A stretch of DNA of 64,000 nucleotides from NCBI GenBank assembly GCA_964016885.1, contig OZ024743.1, positions 340,256,001-340,320,000 on the forward strand, in the 5' to 3' direction. The stretch is from Eledone cirrhosa. Lineage: Eukaryota. Of the stretch, positions 23,781 to 38,418 are shown in pieces. Every line of letters starts with the position of its first letter. Position 1 is the first letter of the stretch. Below the pieces are notes generated by a model, which was given only the letters and a program-made list of their open reading frames with translations, was not told where the DNA came from and did no database searches. A program made the position numbers and the translations under genes.

Positions 23781-24088
23781 TATCTATCTATCTATTTATC
23801 TACCTACCTACCTCACTCTCTACCTATCTATTTATCTACCTACCTCACCGTCTACCTATCTATTTATCTACCTACCTATCTATTTATCTACCTACCTACC
23901 TACCTATCTATTTATCTACCTATCTATTTATCTACCTACCTCACCGTCTACCTATCTATTTATCTACCTACCTATCTATTTATCTACCTCCCTACCTACC
24001 TACCTACCTACCTACCTACCTACCTACCTATCTATTTATTTACCTACCTACCTACCTACCTACCTACCTACCTACCTACCTACCTACC
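23781..24088. repeat. (TATC/TACC)n tract between copies A and B
   Basis: Read directly. Confidence 0.95.
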
Positions 24089-26678
24089 TGACAGAAGCCA
24101 AAAGAGGGAGCAGATCCACTATCCGGTCTTTGCGAGACCAGGATGGACAGGTGATCCTTGAACCTAATCAGATGTGCGAGGCTTTTCAAAAGCACTTTGC
24201 CGGATTGTTCGGAAGGGGCGGGAAGCCGGTTGGGGATGTGGACTTCGGTCCATATCCTGACGGCCTGCCGCGTCTCTCGGACAGGGAGGCGAAGTCCTGC
24301 GAGGAGCCGATTTCAGCCGCTGAGATAGAGGACGTGCTGAGCCAATGCGGCAAACGCAAATCCCCGAGTCTCGATGGTCTTCCATACGAACTATATCTAG
24401 CTATGCCGGACTTGTTCCCCGATCTCCTTGAGGCGGTCTACTGCAACTGGCAACAGAACGGGAGACTTCCCTGTGCTGTGACCAAGGGCGTAGTCACGCT
24501 AGTGAGGAAGGACGAGAACAAGGGGGACGAAATAAATAATTTCAGGCCCATAACTCTGCTAAATACAGAGTTACAGATTTTGGCCAAGGTGCTAGCAAAG
24601 AGGTTGGCGCTTGTCGTGGGTAATCTGGTGGGAGATGCGCAGACATGTGCTATCCCGTCCAGGTCCATCCACGACAACCTCCACCTCATGCGATACATCA
24701 TAGAGAGGGTTGGGAACGAACCCGGCTTTGGTGGGACCCTGATCAACTTGGATCAATCTAAGGCATTCGATAGGGTTGACCATGGTTACCTGGATGCGGT
24801 GCTAGCGGCGGTAGGCTTCGGACCCGTTTTCAGGGGCTGGATCAATGCCATGCACAGCAGCCGCATCTGCTCTAGGGTCAAGGTGAACGGCTACCTCTCG
24901 GAGCCGTTCGAAATCGCGCGGTCCATCCAACAGGGGTGCCCTCTCTCCTCCCTTCTGTATGTAATGACTAGAGCCACTGCTGCGGAAGTTGGAGTTGTTG
25001 CAGGGCATCCCGTTGGGACCGGGATTGCGGAAAGCGGTGTCAGCCTACGCCGATGACGTAACAGTAATGGTGTCGACGGCCTCGGAAATCGGGGCGATCG
25101 GCACCTTACTGGAGAAGTACGAAAGATTTACAGGGGCTAAGCTGAACCGGGACAAATCGATCGGTCTGCAACTCGTCACGTGGAGGGGCAGATCGATGCC
25201 CTCCGATGGCGTCGTCGGGCGCTGGACGGAGGGCCCGGTGAAGTTGCCCGGGGTCTGGTTCGGACCAGACCTCCAGGTGGAGAAGAACTGGGGTGAGGTA
25301 ACGAACAGGGTGTTTGCACTGACCCAGAAGTGGGCCGAGTGCAAACTGTCCCTGAAAGGTCGGGCGGAGGTGGCGAACATTTATATAGCGTCCGTCATCT
25401 ACTACCGCCTGACCGTTGTGACTTGCCCAAGGGAAACGCTCGCCAAAATGGAGCGCGCACTCTTCCAATTCCTTTGGAAGAAGCGGGCTCCTATGGTGAG
25501 GAGATCCATCTGCTGTCAACACCCTTCGAAAGGAGGGCTGGGGATGTGTAAACACGCATTAAGGCTACGGTACCTTCACGTATTCCTCTCCGGTCAACCG
25601 GTGTGGGCCCCGTTTGTGAGGCGAGCCTTTCCCAGACTCGTCTCACTCACCGAGCTGCAATCCTGGGTCAAGCAAAGACCGAGAAAACTGGGCGCCTGGC
25701 ACACCGAGTGTGCCCAGGCGCTCACGGCTCTCTGGCAGGCGGACCCGGCTGTCAGTGGAGAATCCACCTCGTCATTCTATAGAGGGCTGGTGGTTAGCAG
25801 GTGCGACGACGCCCTCGGAGAAGCCCTAGGCATGGAGGAAGACGAACTGGCAAACCTGTTCGGTAGGACATTCAGCCCGGGACCCATGGACAACTTCCAG
25901 AAGTCCCTGGCCTGGCAGTGCTACAGAAGGGCTCTGCCCGTTCGAGAAAGGCTCTACAGACACGGGCGCCCGGGTAGGGACCCCTCGAAAAAGATCTGTC
26001 CCAGATGCGTGTGCGACGAGGAAACCGTTGCACACACATTGGTACACTGCTCGGGCATTGCCGATCTGTGGGGCTATGTCGAACAACTGCTGTCAAGGGT
26101 GGGACCGATCCGGTTGACCACCGAGTCTATTGTAACGATCAAGCCGCCTCCCCTCTTCAAAAACGAAGAAGAGGCGGTGTTTCTGTGCGTAATAGCCATG
26201 GCGAAATAGGTTGTATGGTGGACGCGTCTGAAAGGACTGAGGTCAGACACCTTTCTCTCTGGCCAGCAACTGGTCCGTTTCTTCCGATATCATTTCGGAA
26301 GAAGGATCAGGATGGAGAGAGAGGTGCTGCGCCCCAGCCGTTTTTATGAAAGATGGGTGAAAGTGGCGAGAATGGCCCGTGTGAATGGGCCTTCACTCTA
26401 CATCAGACTATAGGTGAGGAAGATGAAAGACCAAGGGAGCACCCCTTCTCTGTGCGCCTGAGGAAAAGGGTTGCACACTTTTTTTCGTGGGTGTGTGCGA
26501 CCCCCCAAGGCGCCTCCTCTCTATTGAGGACTTTGTTATAAATTTTATTTTTTGTTATATTTTATTTTATTTTTATATATTGTTATTGCCTCCTCCTTAT
26601 TGAGGACGCCTTGTTTTGTAAACTCCCCCAATTGTACTTGTCCCACTTTTGATGCCCTGGTGGCAAATAAAAGAAACA
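24089..26678 (+). mobile_element. Tx1 copy B, 5'-truncated (no EN), same subfamily as A
   Basis: Begins at the equivalent of 21199 in A; RT ORFs 24130-25056 and 24989-26209; same 3'UTR; followed by (TATC)-like repeat. Confidence 0.93.
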
Positions 26679-26738
26679 TATCTATTTATCTACCTATTTA
26701 TCTACCTAAATCACTATCTATTTACCTATCTATTTACT

Positions 26739-28935
26739 GCTGTTAGCTGGGCCGGAGTGACGGAGGCGAAAAGTGGCAACAAGTCCACGATTCGATCTTT
26801 GAAGGACCAAGACCGACGCGTGATAAGTGAGCCGAAGCAGATGTGCGCGGCCTTTCAGCGGCACTTTGCTCAACTGTTCGGGCAAGGTGGCGCGCCGGGA
26901 GGGGCTATGGATTTCGGTCCATACTTCGACGGCCTACCGCGACTCTCGGACAGCGAGGCGAAGTTTTGCGAAAGGCCGATTTTGACCGCTGAAATAGGGG
27001 ACGCGCTGAGCAAATGCGGAAAACGCAAATCTCCAGGTCTCGACGGTCTACTCTACGAATTTTGCGTAGCAGTGCCGGACTTGTTCTCCGGTCTCCTGGA
27101 AGCGGTCTACAGAAACTGGCAGCAGAACGGGAGAATTCCCAGTTCTGTGACCAAGGGCGTAGTCACGTTAGTCAGGAAGGACGAGAATAAGAGGGATGAC
27201 ATAGGCAATTTCCGGCCCATAACTCTGCTCAACACAGAGTTACAGATTTTGGCCAAGGTGTTGGCAAAGAGGCTGGCGCTTGTCGTCGAAAACCTGGTGG
27301 GAGAAGCGCAGACATGCGCAATCCCGACCAGGTCCATACACGACAACCTCCGCCTCATGCGATACATCATAGAGAGAGTAGGGTGTAAACCAAGCTTCGG
27401 TTGGGCCCTGATCAACTTGGATCAGTCTAAGGCTTTCGTTACCTGGATGCGGTGCTCGAGGCGGCAGGCTTCGGACCCGTGTTCAGGGGCTGGTTTGCTG
27501 CAATGCACAGCAGCAACATCTGCTCAATGGTCAAGGTGAACGGCTACCTCTGGGAGCCGTTCCATATCACGCGATCCATCCGACAGGGATGCCCTCTCTC
27601 CTCCCTTCTGTATGTACTGCCTCACGAGCCACTACTGCGGAAGTTGGAGCTATTGCAGGGCATCCTTTTGGAACCGGGACTGCGAAAAGCGGCGTCCGCC
27701 TACGCCGACGACGTGACAGTAATGGTGTCGAGCACCTCACAAATCGGAGATCGAATACGAAAGGTTCACAGGAACGAAGCTGAACCAGGACAAATCCGTC
27801 GGTTTGAAACTCGGAACGTGGCGAGGCAAACCGATGCCTTCCGATGGCGTCGTCGGATGCTGGACGGAAGGACCGGTAAAGGTGGAGAAGAACTGGAACG
27901 AGGTGACGGCCAAGGTGTTTGCGCTCACCCAGAAGTGGGCCGAGTGCAAACTATCCTTGAAAGGTCGAGCGGAGGTGGCGAACACTTTTATAGCGTCCGT
28001 CATTTACTACCGCTTGACCGTTGTGCCTTGTCCAGCCAAATCGCTCACCAAAATGGTGCGCGCGCTCTTCCAATTCCTTTGGAAGAAACGGGCTCCTTTG
28101 GTGAGAAGATCTATCTGCTGCCAACATCCTTCAAACCGAGGGCTGGGGATGCCGTGACTGACGATGCGCAAACACGCACTCAGGCTGCGGCACCTCCACG
28201 TATTCCTCACCGCACAACCGGTGTGGGCCCCGTCTGTGAGGCGAGCGTTCCCACGACTCGTCTCGCTGACCGAGCTGCAGACCTGGGTCAAGCAAAGACC
28301 GAGGAAAATGGACGACTGGCACATCGAATGTGCTCAGGCGCTCACTGTCCTGTGGGAAACGGACCCGGCGATCAGTGGAGACTCCACGTCGACATTCTAT
28401 TCAGGGCTGGTCCGCAGCAAGTGCGACGACGCGCTCGGAGAAACTCTAGGCGTAGAGGAAGACCTTCCGCCCGGGACCAATGGACAACTTCCAAAAGTCC
28501 CTGGCCTGGCAGTGCTACTGAGGAGCTCTACCAGTTCGAGACAAGCTCAACAGACACGGGCGCCCGGGCAGGAACCCTTCGAAAAAGATCTGTCCGAGAT
28601 GCGTGCGTGACAGGGAAACCGACGCGCACGCATTTGTACACTGCCCGAGCGTTACCAACCTGTGGGGCTATGTAGAACGACTATTGTTGCGGGTGGGACC
28701 AATCCAGTTGACCACCGAGTCCATTGTCATGATCAAACAGCCACCCTCCTTCAAAAAGGAGGAAGAGGCGGTTTTCCTATGTGTTACGGTTATGGTGAAA
28801 GAGGTTATATGGTGGACGAGGTTAAAAGGGCTGAGGTCAGACACCTTTCTCTCCGGCGATCAACTGATTCGTTTTTCTCAAATATCATTTTGGAAGAAGA
28901 ATCAGGATGGAGAGAGAGGTAATGTACCCGAGCAA
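26739..28935 (+). mobile_element. Tx1 copy C, 5'-truncated, 3' end deleted; subfamily of D
   Basis: Begins at the equivalent of 21180 in A; RT fragments with several short deletions; fused to copy D at CAAAATTT (28933-28940). Confidence 0.9.
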
Positions 28936-31900
28936 AATTTCTACCGGAATTTTGAATATAGCCAAAATGGCCAAATTCTTTGACCTCATCTTCACAAAAA
29001 ACACATCAGAGAATTGTAGAGATGGGCTGTCAATATCACCTTCCACAGCACTAGTAACAGGTGAAGGCTGTCTGCCTGCTGCTATCACCAACAACAGCAA
29101 CAGCAACAACAACAGCAACAAAAACAACAACATCAAATCTGTCAGCCAACAATTAGACAGAGGTGGTGGAGGGACGGTAAAACTGTCAAGCCAAGAAGCA
29201 GCTCGCACCGCCTCGTTGAAACACTTCGATATGTTTAAAACCCACCCTGACAACAACACCAGCACCACCAACACGAAAACTGTGAATGGCACAAACCAAA
29301 ACAACGCCATCAACAACAACAGTGACAACGAGAACAAGAAGAACAACAACGACAACAAAACCACAACCAACAACAACAAAAACAACACCAACAACGGAAA
29401 AAACGAAAACAACATCAACAATAAGAACAATAATAACAACAACAAGACCAATAACTGCAACAAGGAAGTAAACGACAAAATTTCATTTGCGCAAACCGTA
29501 AAGAAAACGGTAAGCTACACTTCGGTAGATATTTCAAATGCAAATGAGCTTTTGAATAACGCCAGACAATATGTAACTTTTGGGGAGAACGGATCATTCT
29601 CCATAAACTCTCCCCCAGATTTGCGAAGAGAAGCTGCCTTGAAAACTGTGATTTTCAGGACAATCTCAAATAAAACACGAAAACCGACGCAACTTTCACA
29701 AGGCGAAATTGAGTTGGCTTTAAAAAATACATTAAAAGACATTGCTTTTATTCAGAAGGAAGGGAAGTTTATCCATTCTAATGAAAGACCAATTGACGGC
29801 GCATAAATATTCTGTGTCGCCAATTGTGTCACCGCTGTTCACTCTTTTCCCCACTTACATGTGGAAAAAGACACAGAAAATAAAAATCCAAAGTATCACA
29901 CCAAATATTGACATTTGGTGGGTACTATGTGGATTTTTAAACCACGAAATAGACTATATAATATCGGTAGGTAAGACCTCTGGCGACCTGTTCAGCGGAA
30001 CTAGCCTGGAAGTTCTGGTCCAAATGACACCAGAACGAATAGCTAGGATCCTGGAACCTGTGTTGCTGGATGGGCTTATATACATAAACATTTCGGTCGA
30101 GGGTAGGCGGCCCTCATGTTACCACTGCTCAAGCAGGGGTCACCTGAGAGCTTCCTGTCCTCGGCTAACTAGACAAAAAAAGGCACTACTGCCAACACCT
30201 GCAACACCAGCACAACAATCACCACCACCACCACCACAACAACAACAACATAAAAAAATAGTGACAACAAAATAAATTACAAACACAGTGCCACCCAATC
30301 CTCCCCACCTAAAACAACTCCAGAAACACCCACACACATAACAGCTCGCCAAAACGTACCCCTCCCCAACAACACGGATGAGGCCTCATCATCGTCACCC
30401 AGTGACGATGAGGGAGAGACTTTCCGACCAGTAAAAAGAAAAAAGAAAAGACATAACACAAACAAAATTGCAACAAACACACAAATACCCACACAAGCGA
30501 TGCAAACAGCACAAACAGAAACACCCCCTCCTGAAAACAAAACACCTACTACAAAACGTAAACACACACAAGAACCACAGACAAAAAGCAACCCAACACA
30601 ACAAAAATGTTACACCTACATAAATACTAACAATAAAACTTTAAAAGACACCATATATAAAAACCCTTCAGTGGAGACCGAAGGGAAAACTTTTACACAC
30701 TCTTCGGAGAATCCTAATCTTAAAATGATTAGGACCTCCATGGACACACATAAACAGTTAAAAGAAAAATTTCCTAACGACGTAGGTAACCCCTGCGTCA
30801 AACCCTACAATCGAGTCTTGTTAAAATGTTTCCCCACCCCCACCCCCATCCCACCAGACACCTCCTCCCCACCAAACATCTCTGTCCCCTTCCCTCCAGA
30901 GACCACCACCCCACCAAACAACCCCTCCAACACCCCCATGGAAATTGTGCAGCCTGGTCCCCAGGAGACGAAGAGGTGAGTGATTTCTTTTCCTCTTCTG
31001 TTAACTTTTCAGCACCAACATGGCCAATATAAGAGTTGGATGTGTGAATGTACGCGGCCTGGGAATGCCCTGGAAACAGGGCAAACTCTTAAACGATCGC
31101 AGGTCGCACAGCATGGATGTAGTAGCAATTTGCGAGTCTAGGATCCACAGCGAGCGACAACTGGCCCCCATCTTCGACGACTTTGAGATCTACGCATCTC
31201 TGTCAGCCGGGAGGTGAGGGTGGGGTTGCCGTTTTGCTGCGGAAACACCTGGACCTCGTAACACCGACGGTACATCTGGACCCGGAGGGTCGACTGGTGG
31301 TCCTAGACGTTGACGGTAGTGAAGGTGGAGCCTTCAGACTGGTGGCCGCATATTCCCCATCCGGGACACCGCGGCCAGACTTCTTCAAACGTCTAGAGAC
31401 TTTTCTGGGAACGTCCCGCTCCCTGCTGTTAGTGGGGGACTGGAATGGAATCCTAGATGCAAGTTGGGACTATGTGGGAGCATGTCCCGATATAGGGGGT
31501 GTAACAGCCTCAAACAGTTATTCGGCCGATTTCAACTGGCCGATTGATATCGACTAGATTTTCCGACTGTGCCACTGTGGACGTGGACTAACCGCAGCGG
31601 AACATCTAGATCGAACCTAGATAGGGTTCTAGTTAGAAAGAAGGATAGGGACATGTTAAGCTGCCCACAAATGTTCATGGTTGCCTATTCAGATCACAAA
31701 TTAGTGACCTGCTTAGTCAACCTTGACAAAACCCATAGACAGGGACCCAGCTACTGGAAGCTGAACTTGTCGTTACCGACATGCAAAGCCTACAGTAGAC
31801 GGATTAGCACTTTAGTTAAGCAGCACTTGACGGGGGCCATTGTCAACTCTCTCAAGAGGGCAGTTAGATTAGACTCGATAGGTTTTAGTAAAGAATTAGT

Positions 31901-34597
31901 GTTAGATAGAAATAAGACCGAAAAGGAACTGGTAGATAAAGTAGAAGAGGCACTTAGGAGTGGCAACGTAGCCAGCGTGCTAGCGACGAGAACGTTCTTC
32001 AACGCAAAGCATGAAGGCTGCGTTGTCAGAAGCAAAATACGTGGTCTGGGAAACGAGGGAGCCAAAGCTGTTAGCTGGGCCCGAGTGACGGATGCGAAAA
32101 GTGGCAACAAGTCCACGATTCGGTCTTTGAAGGACCAAGACGGACGCGTGATACGTGAGCCGAAGCAAATGTGAGCGGCCTTTCAGCGGCACTTTGCTCA
32201 ACTGTTCGGGCAGGGCGGCGCGCCAGGAGGGGCTATGGATTTCGGTTCATACCTCGACGGCCTACCGCGACTCTCGGACAGCGAGGCGAAGTTCTGCGAA
32301 AGGCCGATTTTGGCCGCTGAGATAGGGCACGCGCTGAGCCAATGCGGCAAACGCAAATCTCCAGGTCTCGACGGTCTACCCTACGAATTTTACGTAGCAA
32401 TGCCGGACTTGTTCTCCGGTCTCCTGGAATCGGTCTACAGAAACTGGCAGCAGAACGAGAGAATTCCCAGTTCTGTGACCAAGGGCGTAATCACGTTAGT
32501 CAGGAAGGACGAGAACAAGGGGGATGACATAGGCAACTTCCGGCTCATAACTCTGCTCAACACAGAGTTACAGATTTTGGCCAAGGTGTTGGCAAAGAGG
32601 CTGGCGCTTGTCGTCGAAAACCTGGTGGGAGAAGCGCAGACATGCGCAATCTCGACCAGGTCCATACACGACAACCTCCACCTCATGCGATACATCATAG
32701 AGAGAGTAGGGTGTAAACCCGGCTTCGGTGGGGCCCTGATCAACTTGGATCAGTCTAAGGCTTTCGATAGGGTTGACCATCGTTACCTGGATGCGGTGCT
32801 CGAGGCGCCAGGTTTCAGTCCCGTGTTCAGCGGATGGATGCTGCAATGCACAACAGCAACAATGCTCAAGGGTTAAGGTGAACGGCTACCTCTCGGAGCC
32901 GTTCCATATCACGCGATCCATCCGACAGGGATGCCCTCTCTCCTCCCTTCTGTACGTACTGACTCTCGAGCCACTACTGCGGAAGTTGGAGCTACTGCAG
33001 GGCATCCCTTTGGAACCGGGACTGCGAAAAGCGGCGTCGGCCTACGCCGACGACGTGACAGTAATGGTGTCGAGCACCTCGCAAATTGGGGAGATCGGCA
33101 CCTTACTGGAGGAATACGAAAGGTTCACAGGAACGAAGCTGAACCGGGACAAAGCCGTCGGTTTGCAACTCGGAACGTATAGAGGCAGACCGATGCCTTC
33201 CGATGACGTCGTCGGACGCTGGACGGAAGGACCGGTAAAGCTGCACGGGGTCTGGTTTGGTCCTGACCTCCAGGTGGAGATTAACTGGAAAGAGGTGACG
33301 GCCAAGGTGTTTGCGCTCACCCAGAAGTGGGCCGAGTGCAAACTACCCTTGAAAGGTCGAGCGGAGGTGGCGAACACTTTTATAGCGTCCGTCATCTACT
33401 ACCGCTTGACCGTTGTGCCTTGTCCAGCCAAAACGCTCACCAAAACGGAGGGCGCGCTCTTCCAATTCCTTTGGAAGAAACGGGCTCCTTTGGTGAGAAG
33501 ATCCATCTTCTGACAACACCCTTCAAACGGAGGGCTGAGGATGCCGTGGCTGACAATGCGCAAACACGCGCTCAGGCTGCGGCACCTCCACGTATTCCTC
33601 ACCAGACAACCGGTGTGGGCCCCGTTCGTGAGGCGAGCCTTCCCACGACACGTCTCGCTGACCGAGCTGCAGACCTGGGTCAAGCAAAGACCGAGGGAAA
33701 TGGGCGACTAGCACATTGAATGTGCTCAGGCGCTCACAACCCTCTGGCAAACGGACCCGGTGATCAGTGGAGACTCCACTTCGACATTCTATAGAGGGTT
33801 GGTCCGCAGAAAGTGCGACGAGACGCTCGGAGAAAATCTAGGCGTAGAGGAGGACGAACTGGCCAGTCTCTTCGGTAGGACCTTCCGCCCGGGACTAATG
33901 GACAACTTCCAAAAGTCCCTGGCCTGGCAGTGCTACAGAGGAGCTCTACCAGTTCAAGACAAGCTCTACAGACACGGGCGCCCGGGTAGGGACCCTTCGA
34001 AAAAGATCTGTCCGAGATGCGTGCGTGACGAGGAAACCGTCGCACACGCATTTGTACACTGCCCGGGCGTTACCAACCTGTGGGGCTATGTAGAACGACT
34101 ATTGTTGCGGGTGGGACCAATCTAGTTGACCACCGAGTCCATTGTCATGATCAAACCGCCACCCTCCTTCAAAAACGAGGGAGAGGCAGTTTCCCTATGT
34201 GTTATGGCTATGGTGAAAGAGGTTATATGGTGGACGAGGTTAAAAGGGCTGAGGTCAGACACCTTTCTCTCCGGCGAGCAACTGATTCGTTTTTTAAAAT
34301 ATCATTTTGGAAGAAGAATCAGGATGGAGAGAGAGGTGCTGTACCCCAGCAAATTTTATAAAAGGTGGGTGAATGTGGCAAAGATGGCTCGAGGGGTTGG
34401 GCCTTCTCTCTATATAAGCCTGTAGGTTGAGGAAAAATAGGACGGGGTGTGTACAACCCCTGTGTAACACCTCACCCCTATTGGGGATTTCAATTGTTAT
34501 TTGTCACTGTATTAATGGTTTTATTTTCATACACCTGTAAGTAAACTCCCCATTTGTATTTGTCCCCTTCTTTTGTGCCCTTGTGGTATTAAAGAAA
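28936..34597 (+). mobile_element. Tx1 copy D, ORF1 + ORF2 + 3'UTR, 5'UTR mostly deleted
   Basis: ORF1 28967-30979 (CYHCSSRGHLRASC) and ORF2 31020-34425 with multiple frameshifts; ends ATTAAAGAAA then (TATC/TACC)n. Confidence 0.93.
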
Positions 34598-34806
34598 TTT
34601 ATCTATCTATCTCCCTACCTACCTACCTACCTACCTACCTACCTACCTACCTACCTACCTACCTACCTACATACCTATTATTTACATACCTACCTATCTA
34701 TCTCCCTACCTACCTACCTACCTACCTACCTACATACCTATTATTTACATACCTACCTATCTACCTACCTACCTACCTATCTATCTACCTATCTATCTAA
34801 TCTATC
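34598..34806. repeat. (TACC/TATC)n tract between copies D and E
   Basis: Read directly. Confidence 0.95.
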
Positions 34807-37800
34807 GGAATTAATCTAGCTGTCGTCTGTTCTACAGTGTGGATGTAATTCACTTCGCGCAGAAGTTTTGTTCAAATTTATTGCGGAAATTTTGTGAGTT
34901 CAAATTTAATTTTGATACTATTGTGTAGCTTGACCCCCCGTCTGAACTGTCAGGCGGTGGGTCAGCTCATCTTTACCCCTCCTAGAGGTGAAAAACCTGT
35001 TTTAAAAAATGTTATGGCAAAAAAAATTTCAATCGTCTGACAGAAATGTTAAACGAAACGAACGAAAATAGTGGTGGGGGGACAGCGGTAAGAGTTGTAA
35101 GCTCGCACGCTTTAGTCCCCCCTTCCTTCCCAACTAACGTCATAGAGAAGGAAGGAAAAAATAAAATAAAAACAGACGAATCTGCGGAGAAAAATGACGA
35201 AAACACAATTCTGGACATGGATTCCAACAACGGAAAAAAAAAAATTTGAAAAATTGCATGACAATACTAATACCACAAACAAAGACACAACAAACACAAA
35301 AATAACATTTGAAAATAACACCATAACAGAAAGCAAAGCAGACGACAGAGTCAACAAGATTTCATTTGCACAAAAAACAAAGAAATCTTTGACATATATA
35401 CCTGAAAATATTTCAGTTGTGGCACGAAAAATCACAGACGCCAAACAATACATAAGTGAAGGAGAGAATGGTATTTTATCGGTAAAAATGCCTCAAGAAC
35501 TCACCAAAGACATTGAAAGTCGAACGGTCATGTTCCGCACCATCAACAACACTTCAAAAAAACCTGAACAGCCAACTCAGGCAGATATCAAAACAGTACT
35601 CACAGAAGTACTTAATGAAACCACTTTCATAAGAAAAGACAGACTGTATGGAAGCCTAGCAATCATTATGAAGAACGAATCGGCGGCCAAAAAAATGTGC
35701 TTTGTCACCGATTCGTTCGAAAATTTTTACCTTTTATCCATCTTATATGGGTAAAAGAACTCAACGCATATGGCTGGATGCAATGATGCCAGATGTGGAC
35801 TACTGCTGGCTCATAGCTGGCTTCATCGATCCAGTGAATGACAACGTGATTTCCATTGGGAAAACCACAGGCAATGCGTTCAGTGGAACAGGTATAGAGC
35901 TGGTAGTGCAAATGAAGTCTGAACGCATCGCCCAAATACCCGACAGAATCCTATTAGAGGGCCACGGGTATATAAACATTAGCGTGGAGGGGAGAAGGCC
36001 GTCCTGTCATATCTGTGCAGGCAGAGGGCACCTGAAGGCCGCTTGTCCCCAACTCAACAAAAAGAAAACCCTGCTACCAACACCAGCTCCACCACCACCA
36101 CCTTTCAAAGGCACTTTGCCCGATTGTTCGGGGGAGGCGAGGGTCCGGGCGGGAACGTGGATTTCGGTCCATACCTCGACGGCCTGCCGCGTCTCTTGAG
36201 CGAAGAGGCAGAGTCCTGCGAGGGACCAATCTCGGCTGATGAGATCGGAGATGCGCTGAGCCAATGCAGCAGACGCAAATCTCCAGGTCTCGATGGTATA
36301 CCTTACGAACTTTATTTATCAATGCCGGTCTTCTTCTCCGAACTCCTCGAAGCGGTCTACTGCAATTGGCAGCAGAACGGGAGAATTCCTTGTTCTGTAG
36401 CCAAGGGCGTAGTCACGCTGGTGAGGAAGGACGAGAACAAGGGAGATAGTATAAATAATTTTCGGCCCATAACCCTGCTAAACACAGAGTTAAAGATTTT
36501 GGCCAAGGTGTTAGCAAAGAGGTTGGCGCTTGTCGTGGGTGGCCTGGTGGGAGATGCGCAGACATGTGCTATCCCATCCAGGACCATTCACGATAACCTC
36601 CACCTCATGCGATACATCATAGAGAGGGTTGGCAACAAACCCGGCTTCGGTGGGGCCCTGATCAACTTGGATCAGTCTAAGGCCTTCGATAGGGTCGACC
36701 ATGGTTACCTGGATGCGGTGCTAGCGGCGGCTGGGTTCGGTCCTGTTTTCAGAGGCTGGATCACTGCCTTACATAGCAACCACATCTGTTCTAGGATCAA
36801 GGTGAACGGCTACCTTTCGAAGCCGTTCGAAATCACACGATCCATTCGACAGGGGTGCCCTCTCTCCTCCCTTCTGTACGTATTGACTCTAGAGCCTTTA
36901 CTGAGGAAGTTGGAGTTGTTGCAGGGTATCCCCCTGGAACCAGGATTGAGCAAAGCGGTGTCGGCCTACGCCGATGACGTAACAGTAATGGTATCGACCG
37001 ACTCGGAGATCGAGGCGATCGGTACCTTACTGGAGGATTACGAAAGGTTGTCAGGAGCGAAACTGAACCGGGAAAAATCCATCGGGCTGCAACTCGGAAC
37101 GTGGAGAGGCAGACCGATGCCTCCCGACGGTGTCGTCGGACACTGGACGGCGGGCCCGGTATAGTTGCTTGGGGTATGGTTTGGACCGGACCTCCAGGTG
37201 GAAAAGAACTGGAACGAGGTTACGAACAAGGTGTTTGCACTAACCCAGAAACGGGCCAAGTGTAAGCTGTCCCTAAAAGGCCGGGCGGAGGTGGCGAACA
37301 TTTACATAGCGTCCGTCACTTACTACCGCCTGACTGTCGTGCCTTGCCCTAAGGAAACACTCACCACCATGGAACGCATGCTCTTCCAATTTCTTTGGAA
37401 GAAGCGCCTTCCTATGGTGAGGAGATCCATCTGCTGCCAACAACCTTCGAAAGGAGGGCTGGGGATGCCGTGGTTGATGATGCGTAGGCACGCATTAAGG
37501 CTACGGCACCTACAGGTATTCCTCACTGGTCAACCGGTGTGGGCTCCGTTCGTGAAACGAGCCTTTCCGAGACTCGTCTCGCTCACCGAGCTACAGTCCT
37601 GGGTCAAGCAAAGATCCGGAAAACTGGGAGACTGGCACACTGAGTGTGCTCAGGCGCTCAGGGCTCTCTGGCAAGCGGGCCAGGCCATCGGTGGAGAATC
37701 CACCTCATCATTCTATAGAGGGCTGGTGGCTAGCAGGGGCGATGACACCCTTGGAAAGTCGCTGGACATGGAAGAAGACGAACTGGCCAGCCTGTTCGGT

Positions 37801-38418
37801 AGGACTTTCGGCCCAGGATCAATGGACAACTTCCAGAAGTCACTGGCCTGGCAGTGCTACCGAGGGGCTCTACCCGTTCGAGAGAGGCTCTACAGACACG
37901 GGCGCCCGGGCAGGGATCCCTCAAAAAAGATTTGCCCTAGATGCGTGCGTCACGAAGAAACCGTTGCGCACGCATTGGTGCAATGTCCGGGCGTGGCTGA
38001 TCTGTGGGGCTACGCCGAACGACTGCTGTCGCGGGTGGCGCCGATTCAATTGACCGCCGAGTCCGTGATGACAATCAAACCGCCTCCCCTCTTCACAAAA
38101 GAAGCAAAGGCGGTTTTTCTGTGCGTAATAGCCATGTTGAAAGAGGTTGTTTGGTGGACACGATTGAAAGGTCTGAGGTCAGGCAACTTCCTCTCTGGCC
38201 ATAGTCTGGTCTACTTCTTCCGATATCACTTCGGAAGAAGGATAAGAATGGAGAGAGAGGTGCTTGGCCACAGGCAGTTTTATGAAAGGTGGGTGATAGT
38301 GGCGAGAATGGCTCGTGTAAATGGGCCTTCTCTGTATACCATCCTGTAGGTAAAGAAGTAAAGGAGAGGGGAGCACCTTCTCCATGTGCTCCCCGGGCAA
38401 AGGATTGCACACTTTTTC
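34807..38418 (+). mobile_element. Tx1 copy E: 5'UTR + ORF1 N-part (35014-36100) joined to EN-less ORF2 (36101-38349)
   Basis: CHICAGRGHLKAAC knuckle, then an abrupt switch to FQRHFARLF..RT..YADD..CPRC; 3'UTR cut at the junction to copy F. Confidence 0.9.

Noticed and set aside
36043-37164. In-frame ORF1-RT fusion protein in copy E
   Set aside because: The knuckle frame (35702-36199) differs from the RT frame, so the deletion junction is out of frame.
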